Origin: an uncultured Gammaproteobacteria bacterium
GTDB taxonomy: Bacteria; Patescibacteriota; Patescibacteriia; Magasanikbacterales; UBA922
Reading direction: 5' to 3'
Assembly: GCA_964447765.1 (NCBI GenBank)
Contig: CAYUTO010000004.1
Coordinates: forward strand, 93,790-157,789
DNA length: 64,000 bases
Position 1 is the stretch's first letter; each line of letters opens with the position of its first letter. Of the stretch, positions 28,164 through 38,195 are shown piece by piece. Both the position numbers and the translations under genes were made by a program. The notes under the pieces are model-generated. The model did no database searches, was not told the DNA's origin, and was given only the letters and a program-made list of their open reading frames with translations.

Positions 28164-29723
28164 ATGAAAAAAATCTTTTTCATTCTCGTACTTGCTGCAT
28201 TACTCTTCCCCCACTCTTCTCATGCACAGGTCGATGCGCGTTGCTGGTATAAAAATGATTGTATTGACGCTCGCAAAGAATTCAAATCTAATGCAACACC
28301 TGATGAATTAAAAGAAGGATTTATACAAAACGTTGTATCAAATGATTTGTGTAAAGGAGTATATCAAACAGAAGACAATCCAATCGGCTTTTGTCTTCCA
28401 TCAACCAATGCAAAAATCAAAATTGCAATTGGTGGACAAACTGAATTCACCGGATTAGCAGAATTTATCGCGTTTATCTATCAATACGGCATGGGCCTGG
28501 CAGGAATACTTTCAGTACTTGTACTCATCTTCGCAGGAGTACAGTGGATTATCTCAGGTGGGAATGCAGAAACAATCAGTAAAGCAAAACATAAAATCGT
28601 TGGAGCAGTCATCGGCATGGTTATTTTGGCCGCTGCATACACTATTCTCTATACCGTCAACCCTGATTTAGTAAATTTACGCCCCCCAAATGCATGGATG
28701 ATTAACACACTTAATCTCCCCACAAACCCATCGTGCCAAGCGATGACAAAGGGAGAAAAAATTTCACCGACTCCAGCATACAAAACTGGTGAAAAACTCA
28801 ACCAAGAAGATATTAAGAAAAAATTTAGCAGCATTAGTACATGGGTTGCGCCTACCACCACACAGACAAATATTGCTCCACCAAACGCACCCCCTGCACA
28901 TTGTGGACAATCATATTTTGTACAAGGCACAGGAGCTCTCACCTGTACCGGAGATTATTGCCCAAAAGATGCTGCAGGAAATACACAAGTATGTTTTAAT
29001 AAAGATGGATTAGGAGAAAAATGTGAAAAAGCAAATATACTAGGGGAAATTCATACTACAGGCTTGTGGGATCAGTTTAGCGAAGGACTACACTCTGCCT
29101 CCTTTGGTCTAAGTTCTTTTACAGGAGCTGAAGGCTGGACATTTCCTTGGGTTAAAGGTGACGAGGGTGCGGTTGCAGGTCTATTTGGCAGAGCTCCAAT
29201 ATTTTTGTATGCAATTTGTAATGATGGTAATAATAAACGTGTGAACGGTGATGGATTACCAATTGATCCTGAACTATCCATAAATCAAAAAGTGGATGGT
29301 TTAACCAAAAAACAATTATATGGATATATAGTTTCAGATGAAGGATTAACAAACTCATCAAATTCATGTGACAGTGAAGGTGGTCTAAAGGGGTTTCTAT
29401 TGGGAGTATGCCACAGCGAACTCGGAGATCAATATTGTGAACGCCATTTTATTGGAAAAACCCTAGCACCAAATGGTGTAGAAAATACAAGTGGTACGTA
29501 CACATCCTTTGATATTAGCGATGTTCAATCTGAAGGTGATACTAAATGTGTACTTAAAAATACACAAAAATCACACTTTTTTCAAAAAGAAGAAGTACAA
29601 AAAGGTTTTAAATTAAATATAGATGTTTCTAAAACAGCTGACATTGATAATTCAGATGATTGGAAGAAAGCTTATGCAAACCCATCTGGTATTCATCAGT
29701 ACGGCGTAGGATGTCCATCTTAA
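28164..29723 (+). CDS. Secreted Cys-rich surface protein with VirB2/TrbC-pilin-like double-TM hairpin
   Basis: Signal peptide MKKIFFILVLAALLFPHSSHA; hydrophobic hairpin FIAFIYQYGMGLAGILSVLVLIFAGVQWIISGGNAETISKAKHKIVGAVIGMVILAAAY; about 14 Cys in the C-terminal 330 aa; overlaps the end of the dsbA-like gene. Confidence 0.5.
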   Translation: MKKIFFILVLAALLFPHSSHAQVDARCWYKNDCIDARKEFKSNATPDELKEGFIQNVVSNDLCKGVYQTEDNPIGFCLPSTNAKIKIAIGGQTEFTGLAEFIAFIYQYGMGLAGILSVLVLIFAGVQWIISGGNAETISKAKHKIVGAVIGMVILAAAYTILYTVNPDLVNLRPPNAWMINTLNLPTNPSCQAMTKGEKISPTPAYKTGEKLNQEDIKKKFSSISTWVAPTTTQTNIAPPNAPPAHCGQSYFVQGTGALTCTGDYCPKDAAGNTQVCFNKDGLGEKCEKANILGEIHTTGLWDQFSEGLHSASFGLSSFTGAEGWTFPWVKGDEGAVAGLFGRAPIFLYAICNDGNNKRVNGDGLPIDPELSINQKVDGLTKKQLYGYIVSDEGLTNSSNSCDSEGGLKGFLLGVCHSELGDQYCERHFIGKTLAPNGVENTSGTYTSFDISDVQSEGDTKCVLKNTQKSHFFQKEEVQKGFKLNIDVSKTADIDNSDDWKKAYANPSGIHQYGVGCPS

Positions 29724-29752
29724 TTACAGAAGCAAAAAATCAAAACCTGCTT

Positions 29753-32629
29753 ATGAAACAAAACGAAACCATAAAAATAGTTAACGCCCGTGTACATAAT
29801 CTCAAAAATGTCTCACTTGAAATTCCAAAAAATAAGTTGGTAGTAATTACAGGGTTATCAGGATCAGGAAAATCTTCTCTCGCGTTTGATACGATCTATG
29901 CCGAAGGACAGCGTCGTTATGCCGAGAGTCTCAATGCCTACGCCAGACAATTCATGGATATGCAGGATAAGCCTGACGCAGACGAAATATCTGGCCTCTC
30001 ACCAACGATTGCGATCAATCAGAGAAATACCACCCAAAACCCACGTTCAACCGTGGGTACGACGACTGAAATTTATGATTACCTCCGATTACTCTTCGCG
30101 CGCATCGGAGTACAGTGGTGTCCTGCGTGTAATATTCCCGTATCTTCACACAAACCAGGTACGATTATTGAACGTGTACGAACACTCGCCAAAAAATCTC
30201 CCACAAGTTTACTTCTCTCCCCTATCATCCGCCAGGAAACGATCACGAATAAAGAATTAAAACATCGAGTAGAAAAAACAGGATATCCTTCAATCCGCCT
30301 GAATGGAGTTGAAACATCAATCAAACAACTATCAACGATCACACTCAATCCTTCATATAAATATGATGTTGAAGTAATCATTGGGGAATTAAAAAATATA
30401 CTCAAAGAATCATTTGCCAAGCATGTTTTGAAAGCACTGGATTTTTCAAATGGACATATCGTTGTCTACGATCCGGACACTGACGAAGAAACTTCATTTT
30501 CACAAATCCCGGTTTGTAGTTCATGTAAACGTACATTCTCACATATTGAACCACGCTCATTTAGCTTCAATAGCCCTTATGGTGCGTGTCCTCGCTGTAC
30601 CGGACTAGGCAAAACGCTAGAAGTTGACCCAGAGCTCGTCATCCCAAATCAGAAGCTTACCGTAGAAGAAGGAGCAATCCAGCCCTGGACCAGACTGGTG
30701 GGGAATAATACGGGCCTCATGGAGATTTTGACCGAAGTGGCGTTTGCTCACAATTTTTCTCTTTCCCGTCCGATTGAAGAATTACCACAATCAGTCATGG
30801 ATATTATCCTCTATGGAACTGACGGCCAGGAATATCTAGTGAAAGGCAAAAAAACAAATTACGAAGGAGTGATCCCCAATCTCACCGCGCGATATATTGA
30901 GACCAAATCAGAGTATGTAAAAAAAGAAATCGAAGTATACATGCGTGAAAAAACATGTTCAGTATGTGAAACCAAACGTTTGAAGGAAGACAGTTTGAAT
31001 ATCAAAATTTCTGATTATTCTATTGCTGATGTGGCTGAAATGAGCCTTGAGGAATCATATGAAATATTCCAATCATTAGAAAATCAAACCAGTGGTATTG
31101 CAAAAAAACTAAGTGCTGAAGAGAAAACCATCGCAAAACCTATTGCCTTGGAAATTCGACGAAGAATTGAACACTTGATTGATGTAGGACTTGCATATCT
31201 CACACTCGACCGATCATTGAACACACTCTCAGGCGGAGAATCACAGCGCGTACGCCTCTCTACACAGCTCTCGGCAGGTCTGTCTGGTCTTATTTACATC
31301 CTTGACGAGCCTTCAATTGGACTCCACCCGAAAGATAACAGTAAACTCATTACCACGCTGATGTCTCTTCGTGACGCAGGAAATACAGTAGTCGTAGTCG
31401 AACATGACAAAGCTATTATGAAAGCCGCCGACTATCTCATAGATATCGGCCCTGGAGCCGGAGAATATGGCGGAGAGATTATGGCTGCAGGCACTCCTGA
31501 CAAAGTGATAAAATCAGATAAATCCCTCACTGGAAGATATCTTTCAAACGCAGAAGAAATCAAAGCTCCTGGCAAACCAAGAAAAGGAAGTGGTAAAAAG
31601 CTTACCATTCTTGGTGCCAAGGCAAACAATCTCAAAAATATTGATGTTGAAATTCCACTTGCCATGTTTGTCAGTATTACCGGCGTATCTGGATCTGGAA
31701 AATCTACACTCATCTTGGACATTCTCGGTAAATCACTGGAGAAAAAATTCTACCGTGCAAAAGATGAACCAGGTGCACATGATGATATCAAAGGATTATC
31801 AAATATCGACAAAGTAATAGCAATCGACCAGACCCCCATCGGAAGAACTCCCCGAAGTAATCCAGTAACCTACACGGGCATATTCACGATGATTCGAGAT
31901 CTCTACGCTGAGCTCCCTGAGTCAAAATTGCGCGGATACCAGGCAGGCACCTTTAGTTTCAATGTAAAAGGTGATGGCCGCTGCGAAGCATGTGGTGGAG
32001 AAGGATATGTCACGATCCCCATGCATTTCTTGAACGATGTATTTGTAGAATGTAGTGAATGTCATGGAACAAGGTATACGAGAGATGTACTAGAAATCCA
32101 TTATAAAGAAAAAAATATTGCCGAAGTACTCAAAATGACGGTTGAAGAAGCATTCAAATTTTTCCAAGGCAAGCAACCAATTACGGACAAACTCCAAATT
32201 CTCCGAAATGTGGGATTGGGCTATGTACAACTAGGCCAACCTGCTACTACGCTATCAGGTGGAGAAGCACAGAGAATCAAGCTCGCAACTGAGCTCTCAC
32301 GCCGATCAACGGGTAAAACTATTTATATCCTGGACGAACCTTCGACTGGTCTTCATTTTGAAGATATCAAAAAACTGCTTCATGTCTTGAATCAGCTTGT
32401 GGACAAAGGAAACACCATACTCGTAATCGAGCATAACCTTGATATTATCAAATGCTCAGACTGGATCATTGATTTGGGTCCAGGGGGCGGAAAACATGGC
32501 GGACAAGTAGTCGCATCAGGCACACCTGAGCAAGTAATCAAAGCAAAAAATAGTCTCACTGGTGAGTACCTCAAGCTAGAGCTTGCTGCAACAAGTAAAA
32601 ACGAAAAAGTAAAAAGTAAAAAGAAATAA
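29753..32629 (+). CDS. uvrA: Excinuclease ABC subunit A
   Basis: Two ABC ATPase modules (GLSGSGKSS / GVSGSGKST), Zn-finger CxxC pairs, two LSGGE signature motifs. Confidence 0.9.
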   Translation: MKQNETIKIVNARVHNLKNVSLEIPKNKLVVITGLSGSGKSSLAFDTIYAEGQRRYAESLNAYARQFMDMQDKPDADEISGLSPTIAINQRNTTQNPRSTVGTTTEIYDYLRLLFARIGVQWCPACNIPVSSHKPGTIIERVRTLAKKSPTSLLLSPIIRQETITNKELKHRVEKTGYPSIRLNGVETSIKQLSTITLNPSYKYDVEVIIGELKNILKESFAKHVLKALDFSNGHIVVYDPDTDEETSFSQIPVCSSCKRTFSHIEPRSFSFNSPYGACPRCTGLGKTLEVDPELVIPNQKLTVEEGAIQPWTRLVGNNTGLMEILTEVAFAHNFSLSRPIEELPQSVMDIILYGTDGQEYLVKGKKTNYEGVIPNLTARYIETKSEYVKKEIEVYMREKTCSVCETKRLKEDSLNIKISDYSIADVAEMSLEESYEIFQSLENQTSGIAKKLSAEEKTIAKPIALEIRRRIEHLIDVGLAYLTLDRSLNTLSGGESQRVRLSTQLSAGLSGLIYILDEPSIGLHPKDNSKLITTLMSLRDAGNTVVVVEHDKAIMKAADYLIDIGPGAGEYGGEIMAAGTPDKVIKSDKSLTGRYLSNAEEIKAPGKPRKGSGKKLTILGAKANNLKNIDVEIPLAMFVSITGVSGSGKSTLILDILGKSLEKKFYRAKDEPGAHDDIKGLSNIDKVIAIDQTPIGRTPRSNPVTYTGIFTMIRDLYAELPESKLRGYQAGTFSFNVKGDGRCEACGGEGYVTIPMHFLNDVFVECSECHGTRYTRDVLEIHYKEKNIAEVLKMTVEEAFKFFQGKQPITDKLQILRNVGLGYVQLGQPATTLSGGEAQRIKLATELSRRSTGKTIYILDEPSTGLHFEDIKKLLHVLNQLVDKGNTILVIEHNLDIIKCSDWIIDLGPGGGKHGGQVVASGTPEQVIKAKNSLTGEYLKLELAATSKNEKVKSKKK

Positions 32630-32633
32630 AAAT

Positions 32634-33062
32634 ATGTTACCTGACGAAAATAATAAACGTTTTGTCGCCATCCTCAATAGAAAAATTGAAACAGGAAAAT
32701 TAATGAATGCGCTTGGACATTGTACGGCAGGTCTTACCGGTTCAACAGAAGACCAAGAGAATCTATGCCTACTCCCCTATTCTGATAAAGAAGGCGGAGT
32801 ACATGGAAAAATCTCACACTACCCGTTTATTATCCTCAGAGCAGAAAACTCAAATGAAATTCGCAAAATCAGGCAAGAATGTGTGAACAGAACTATCCCC
32901 TTTTCCGACTTTACCAACACAATGACACTTGGTACTAGTGAAGAACAGATGAATGCGACCTATGCAGCAACAGAAGCAGATTTAGAGTATTACGCTATTG
33001 TACTGTTTGGATCAACCGAAGAGATCAAACAATTTACCAAAAAATTCTCACTATTCAAATAA
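32634..33062 (+). CDS. DUF2000 family protein
   Basis: MNALGHCTAGL motif region typical of DUF2000. Confidence 0.55.
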   Translation: MLPDENNKRFVAILNRKIETGKLMNALGHCTAGLTGSTEDQENLCLLPYSDKEGGVHGKISHYPFIILRAENSNEIRKIRQECVNRTIPFSDFTNTMTLGTSEEQMNATYAATEADLEYYAIVLFGSTEEIKQFTKKFSLFK

Positions 33063-33072
33063 CTAGATAAAA

Positions 33073-33097
33073 AAAATCCGCCTCATCGGCGGATTTT
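33073..33097. terminator. Bidirectional terminator aaaatccgcc-tcat-cggcggatttt between convergent DUF2000 and rplS genes
   Basis: Perfect GC-rich stem, A/T runs both sides. Confidence 0.65.
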
Positions 33098-33101
33098 TAA
33101 T

Positions 33102-33446
33102 TTACTTTTTTTCTTCAGCTCCTTTTACTTTTACTTCTTTCAACTTTTTCTTATAATCACGTAGGAAGTAAGGTCGAGACTTTCGAACATGCATTGCACG
33201 TACGAGTTCAATCTTTTCTACAACCGGGGAATTGATTGGAAAAATTTTCTCTACTCCGACACCGTCTGATACTTTTCGAACAGTGATGGTGGCTCCAGCT
33301 TCAGTTCCATGCTTTTGAGCAAGAACCATTCCTTCGAAGATCTGAATACGCTCTTTTTCCTCACCTTTAGTATTCAATTCTTTAATCTTTTGATGAACCT
33401 TTACGATCATCCCTGATTTAACTTCATGTCTGATATCTGCTGACAT
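33102..33446 (-). CDS. rplS: 50S ribosomal protein L19
   Basis: bL19 sequence pattern across the whole ORF (VKVHQKIKE...VRKVSDGVGVEK...RRAKLYYLR-like C-terminus). Confidence 0.85.
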   Translation of the reverse strand: MSADIRHEVKSGMIVKVHQKIKELNTKGEEKERIQIFEGMVLAQKHGTEAGATITVRKVSDGVGVEKIFPINSPVVEKIELVRAMHVRKSRPYFLRDYKKKLKEVKVKGAEEKK

Positions 33447-33521
33447 AGGTAAATGTTTAATCGAGAGGTTGGACACTATTGTACGCCAACGTCGTATATA
33501 ATATGTAGTGGCAACACTGTA

Positions 33522-34097
33522 CTATACTGTTTCCTTTTTGTCAAGAATCGCCTCTATAAGCTGGGAGACCGTGTGATCAAATCGACCCTGTTCATTCACA
33601 ATCTGGAGATCATAAATTCCTGCCTCAGCTATTTGCTGCTTTGCAATCAGAAGCCTCTCATCCACCTCTTCACGAGTAAGCCCTCCCCGCGCAGTAATCC
33701 GATCACGTAGAACGTCCAAATTCTCCGGCATAAGAAAAACAGCAAAATGAGGAATGTGTAGACGATCAAACGCACGTTTACCATTAATTTCTACCTGAGT
33801 ATATACGACCTCATGATTCAAAAGTGTATATTCAAGCACACTCTTCTCAGTACCATAATAATTACCCGCATACACATTGTACTCTACAAACTCATCATGA
33901 GAAATTTTTTTCTTAAACTCTTCTTCTGAAACAAAATGATAGTCCACACCTTCAACATTGCCTGGACGTGGTGGTCGAGAGGTCGTCGTGAGACAGCGAG
34001 AAGAATGAGGGATGCGCTTACTAAGCGCCTTAATAACAGAGTCTTTACCACCACCTGAGGGTGAAGAAATAACAACCAGTAATCCCTTTTGTGTCAT
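33522..34097 (-). CDS. gmk: Guanylate kinase
   Basis: P-loop SSPSGGGKDS, guanylate kinase TTRPPR and YHFVS motifs. Confidence 0.85.
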   Translation of the reverse strand: MTQKGLLVVISSPSGGGKDSVIKALSKRIPHSSRCLTTTSRPPRPGNVEGVDYHFVSEEEFKKKISHDEFVEYNVYAGNYYGTEKSVLEYTLLNHEVVYTQVEINGKRAFDRLHIPHFAVFLMPENLDVLRDRITARGGLTREEVDERLLIAKQQIAEAGIYDLQIVNEQGRFDHTVSQLIEAILDKKETV

Positions 34098-34106
34098 ACA
34101 CTAAAC

Positions 34107-35069
34107 TTAAGTTAACGCATCAAGATATGCAGTGAGCTCTTCGGGAAGTGGAGCTTCATAGGAAACCTTTTTATTTTCAAGAGTGGTAAAGCCGAGCTTC
34201 GAAGCGTGCAAGAATAAGCGCCCAAGCAATGGATCATTTTTTTTGAAATACGCTTTTTGGTAATAGAGCATATCCCCTACCACTGGCTGATTAAACGCAT
34301 ACATATGCACACGAATCTGGTGCATACGCCCCGTATGGAGCCGCACCGAAAGCAACGTATAACGCGCAAAACGTTTGATAACATCAAATTCAGTCAAAGC
34401 TTCTTTGCCACTTCGATCTTCCTTTACATTCTTAAGCGTCATCTGGGTATTAGGACGCGCAATCATCTTCCCCTCTTTACCACGATCAATAATAAAATTA
34501 ATCGTACCATGCTCAGTTGCCGTATTCCCATATACGAGAACCGTATAATTCTTATCAACCGTACGATTCTTAAATTGATCTTTCAAATGCTCAAACATTT
34601 TCTGTGTGCGCGCAACAACAAGTAATCCGGAAGCTTCTTTATCCAATCGATGTACGATACCTGGTCGAATAGTTGAATCACCGACACCTGCTACATCAGG
34701 ATATTTTGATACAACCCACGAAGCAAGAGTAATCTTCTCTTTGGCTTCAGTAGGATGCACAATCAATCCTGCAGGCTTCATGACCACTATATACTCTTTG
34801 TCTTCATGGATAAGTTGTACTTTGCTATACAGCTCTTCAGATTCTTCAAGAATGACTTCTGCGGTTTTTTCAACCTCTGGTACCTCCTGCATTTCAATAC
34901 TCTCTCCTTCTTGTACCCGATATGAAGATTTCATACATACAGTACCATTAACAGCGACGAGTCCGCGATCAATTGCTCTCTGGACCAATGTGCGCGTACC
35001 AAATCCATTCTCGGCAAGAAAAGCATCAATTCGTTTTTTAGTAAGTTGTTCTGGAACGGTAATATTCAT
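34107..35069 (-). CDS. RluA-family 23S rRNA pseudouridine synthase (RluD-like, S4 domain)
   Basis: N-terminal S4 domain and catalytic HRLDKEASGLLVVART motif. Confidence 0.8.
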   Translation of the reverse strand: MNITVPEQLTKKRIDAFLAENGFGTRTLVQRAIDRGLVAVNGTVCMKSSYRVQEGESIEMQEVPEVEKTAEVILEESEELYSKVQLIHEDKEYIVVMKPAGLIVHPTEAKEKITLASWVVSKYPDVAGVGDSTIRPGIVHRLDKEASGLLVVARTQKMFEHLKDQFKNRTVDKNYTVLVYGNTATEHGTINFIIDRGKEGKMIARPNTQMTLKNVKEDRSGKEALTEFDVIKRFARYTLLSVRLHTGRMHQIRVHMYAFNQPVVGDMLYYQKAYFKKNDPLLGRLFLHASKLGFTTLENKKVSYEAPLPEELTAYLDALT

Positions 35070-35083
35070 AATCTAAAATAATG

Positions 35084-35157
35084 TAGGCCTAGATGGACTT
35101 GAACCATCGACCCCAACGTTATAAGCGTTGTGCTCTAACCACCTGAGCTATAGGCCC
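35084..35157 (-). tRNA. tRNA-Ile with anticodon UAU (AUA-decoding)
   Basis: 74 nt, hand folded: acceptor GGGCCTA/TAGGCCT, D-stem GCTC/GAGC, anticodon stem CAACG/CGTTG with loop CTTATAA, T-stem GATGG/CCATC; body closely resembles canonical tRNA-Ile(GAU). Confidence 0.7.
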
Positions 35158-35242
35158 ATGTAAATGAATCCATACTAACAAAAAAAAAGGTTAAAATCAA
35201 GGACTTGAGCAAAACAAGATTTTTAGATATACTTATTGCCAT

Positions 35243-35968
35243 ATGATCGATTCCAAGCATAAATTCATGGTACAAAAGGCACGCGAACTCATGAAATTGT
35301 CGAAAGACCCTATTCATGACCTATCCCACGTAGAACGCGTAGTCGCAAATGTAAAAAAAATCGCCCCTTCACTAAATCTCTCAAAAAAAGAAACAGAAGC
35401 AATCGAACTTGCAGCGTGGTGGCATGACGTAGCTCGAGTACTCACTAAACAACCTTCGTTTGTGTGGATGGCATGTATTGACGATGCAGTATCAGCACTC
35501 ATGCTCTGTCTACATAGCATTCGGTATGGTTTTTGGAGACAGAGCGGTGGAATAGCCACAAAACTAATACTTTGTAAGACATTTGCCACCGGAACCGTAC
35601 TTACCAAACTTCTCCTATCAAAAAAAGAACGCCTAATGATGCATGTGTTAAGAGACGCGGATCAATTGGATATAATGAATGCAGAGCGTCTTGCCCTCGT
35701 ATGTGAACTTTCAAAGACTTCAAGAAAATATTTCTGGGGACTACAGTGTCTCATGTTGTACAACACACGCGAGTCAGCACTACAAATGAAAACAAGTGCA
35801 GCTAATATATACTTAGCAGAAGGAGTTGAAGGAATTTACCACTGGATATGCGAACACCGAAACGATCCTTCATATGTAAATTTCTTTGGACAAGTCTGGA
35901 TCGACAACTCAATTGAAAAATTTGCAAAACTTCGTCAAAAAGTCACACCCGTAAAAGAAACTTTATAG
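35243..35968 (+). CDS. HD-domain phosphohydrolase family protein
   Basis: H...HD...D metal-binding motif set (HDLSHVERV, WWHD, DADQLD). Confidence 0.65.
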   Translation: MIDSKHKFMVQKARELMKLSKDPIHDLSHVERVVANVKKIAPSLNLSKKETEAIELAAWWHDVARVLTKQPSFVWMACIDDAVSALMLCLHSIRYGFWRQSGGIATKLILCKTFATGTVLTKLLLSKKERLMMHVLRDADQLDIMNAERLALVCELSKTSRKYFWGLQCLMLYNTRESALQMKTSAANIYLAEGVEGIYHWICEHRNDPSYVNFFGQVWIDNSIEKFAKLRQKVTPVKETL

Positions 35969-35979
35969 AATTAAACCAA

Positions 35980-36005
35980 AAAAGAAGCGACGAGCTTCTT
36001 TTTTG
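35980..36005 (+). terminator. Terminator aaaaaagaagc-gac-gagcttcttttttg
   Basis: Hairpin + T-run after the HD-domain gene. Confidence 0.6.
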
Positions 36006-36334
36006 ATATAAAAAAATAAAATGTAGTGATGAAAAAAATAATTTAAAGAAAAAAAATCTTTTGTAATCAAAAAATAATTTTGAGTATTTATTTTTATCAA
36101 AAAAGTTATTCACAGGTAAAAACAAAAAAAGTGCATTTACTATTCAATAAAACATGAAAACAATCTATACTAATGTCAAAGGTCGTGTAAATCTGCAAAT
36201 TTATTTTTACGTCAATGCTTGTCATGTAAAAAAATTTGCATCATCGTATTTGTGTGACACTCTGGTGTGCACCATGGTCACATCATCATTAACAAGTACG
36301 TCTATCTTAATCTGAGAGGAGGTGTACAATAAGT

Positions 36335-36454
36335 ATGCCAGCAAAAAGAAAAAAAGCAGTTGCAAAGAAACGCGCTCCTGCAAAGAAACGCGCTCCTGCA
36401 AAGAAACGCGCTCCTGCAAAGAAACGCAAAACTGCAGCTAAGAGAAAAAAGTAA
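36335..36454 (+). CDS. 39-aa lysine-rich basic protein with tandem APAKKR repeats (histone H1/Hc1-like nucleoid protein candidate)
   Basis: Strong RBS GAGGAGG 8 nt before ATG; 18-bp coding tandem repeat gcaaagaaacgcgctcct x3; strong terminator follows. The track's 36222..36419 minus-strand ORF is its antisense artefact. Confidence 0.55.
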   Translation: MPAKRKKAVAKKRAPAKKRAPAKKRAPAKKRKTAAKRKK

Positions 36455-36471
36455 TATTTTTCTCTAAGTAC

Positions 36472-36498
36472 AAAAATCTCCCGTAAGGGAGATTTTTG
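36472..36498 (+). terminator. Terminator aaaatctccc-gtaa-gggagatttt
   Basis: Perfect stem + T-run. Confidence 0.65.
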
Positions 36499-36512
36499 TT
36501 TTACCTAAGATT

Positions 36513-37805
36513 TTATTCCACACCCAACTCCAGAGGTATTTGAGAGGATAAACCTCTAGATTCATGTTCTTCAAAAACCTTTACTATTCCAAATTCCCCA
36601 TCATACCCAGGGCGGATGTAAATATTTCCAGACCGAACTCGCCCGATCGCTCTCGCAATAGTTTCATTTGTTGCTTTTTGTATCTCTTCAAGCGCTGCAT
36701 CAATCAAAATATGAAATTCAGTTCCGAGATGCGTTATCAATGTTTCATATTCAGTCATTACTTTTTTAGACGACACTCCCATATCATATACATCAGCAAT
36801 AATCTCAGGAAGAGGAACTAATGATTTAAAAGGAATGCGTTTTGTACGTAATGCATAATTTTTTGCTTCATCACTCGTACGGTCCGCGAGTTCATGTACC
36901 CGATATTCCACCCCAATCGTCAAATTTTTTCCACACACTGGACAAATCCCCTTTCGTTTTTTAGTTTCCTCAGGCGCGCAATAAAATGTACAATCACGAT
37001 GCCCATCATAATGATATTTTCCTTCTTCAGGATAAAATTCTATGGTATGCAAAAACTTTTTCTTATCGCCCTCTTCGATGATACGCATTATTTCAGTGTA
37101 GGTTATCTCACTCTCTGAATTGAACTGTAACACATTTGCTTCGCGACCTAGTTTTTGAAGGCTATGCGCATCAGAATTAGAGACAAGGGTAATATTATCA
37201 AGATGACTCCATCGCCAATTCATAAGAGGATCACTCGAAAGCCCTGTTTCAATTGCACGAATATAGGGACTCAAGTCTTCAAACGCCTCATCAAGCGAGG
37301 TATAACCTCCTTTAGAACCAAAAACACCAAACCAGGGAGTCCAAGCATGAGCAGGAATCATTTTCATACGTGGATCAACCTCAAGCATAAGCTCGAGTAT
37401 CTGTTTTGACGTAAGCCCGATAATAGGGCGACCATCAGAGCGAATATTATATCCTCGATCCTCGAGAGCCTGATTAAATTTCTCAGTTACTTCAAGGCTC
37501 GGCGAGAAAATAAGTAAATGAACACGGCGTGTCTGATCATTATGTTTTTTGATTGAAGCAATTTCTGTTCCAATGATAAATCTCGTCTTGCTTTCATGAT
37601 TTTTAAGCTTATACACTCCTTCGGTATCGAGGATAAGCTCACTTTTCATATGGTCAAACCACTTTGGGTGTGTAAAATCACTCGTAACTACGATATCAAT
37701 CCCTCGAATTTCACATGCTTTCGCAATTTTAGGCAATTCCAAATCCTTGGAGCATGCTCGCGAATATTTTGAGTGTGCATGGAGATCAAGAATCTTCTGA
37801 ATCAT
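36513..37805 (-). CDS. PHP-domain protein with CxxC zinc ribbon (endonuclease Q-like)
   Basis: N-terminal LDLHAHSKYS PHP motif, further His/Asp metal ligands, CPVCG zinc-finger; size and layout resemble EndoQ. Confidence 0.5.
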   Translation of the reverse strand: MIQKILDLHAHSKYSRACSKDLELPKIAKACEIRGIDIVVTSDFTHPKWFDHMKSELILDTEGVYKLKNHESKTRFIIGTEIASIKKHNDQTRRVHLLIFSPSLEVTEKFNQALEDRGYNIRSDGRPIIGLTSKQILELMLEVDPRMKMIPAHAWTPWFGVFGSKGGYTSLDEAFEDLSPYIRAIETGLSSDPLMNWRWSHLDNITLVSNSDAHSLQKLGREANVLQFNSESEITYTEIMRIIEEGDKKKFLHTIEFYPEEGKYHYDGHRDCTFYCAPEETKKRKGICPVCGKNLTIGVEYRVHELADRTSDEAKNYALRTKRIPFKSLVPLPEIIADVYDMGVSSKKVMTEYETLITHLGTEFHILIDAALEEIQKATNETIARAIGRVRSGNIYIRPGYDGEFGIVKVFEEHESRGLSSQIPLELGVE

Positions 37806-37843
37806 AAAAATAGAATACGTAGTACGCGGTATTGTAGAAAAAA

Positions 37844-38173
37844 TCAAATAAGTGAAGATAAATGTAGACAAACACGAAAAACTTTATCTACAACAACTTT
37901 AGGATTAGCTGAAACTTGCGTAGGAGAAAAATATAATAATGTATAACCTTGGGGTAGTAACCACTGTTCTTTTTCTGCGCCGAGAGCATAAGATGTATCA
38001 ACGACTTCCACGACCAATTTTAATTCATCACAATAATAATCAACAACATACCGATGATCAAGTTGAACAGACCGTTTGAATCTATATCGCAAACTTCTCG
38101 TATCAAGCTCCGACCACAGCACATCAAGCACCTCTGATGATTGCGGTATATTACTCGATTGAAATATACTCAT
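37844..38173 (-). CDS. DUF559 (Vsr/Mrr-like) endonuclease-domain protein
   Basis: YVVDYYCDELKLVVEVVD motif characteristic of DUF559. Confidence 0.55.
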   Translation of the reverse strand: MSIFQSSNIPQSSEVLDVLWSELDTRSLRYRFKRSVQLDHRYVVDYYCDELKLVVEVVDTSYALGAEKEQWLLPQGYTLLYFSPTQVSANPKVVVDKVFRVCLHLSSLI

Positions 38174-38195
38174 ACCCCCTCCGTATTAATACACG

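Noticed and set aside
36340-36420. Tandem 18-bp repeats as a possible CRISPR-like or VNTR array
   Set aside because: The repeats are contiguous with no spacers and in frame inside a small ORF with excellent RBS and terminator. They are a coding repeat, not a CRISPR array. No cas genes are present in the window.
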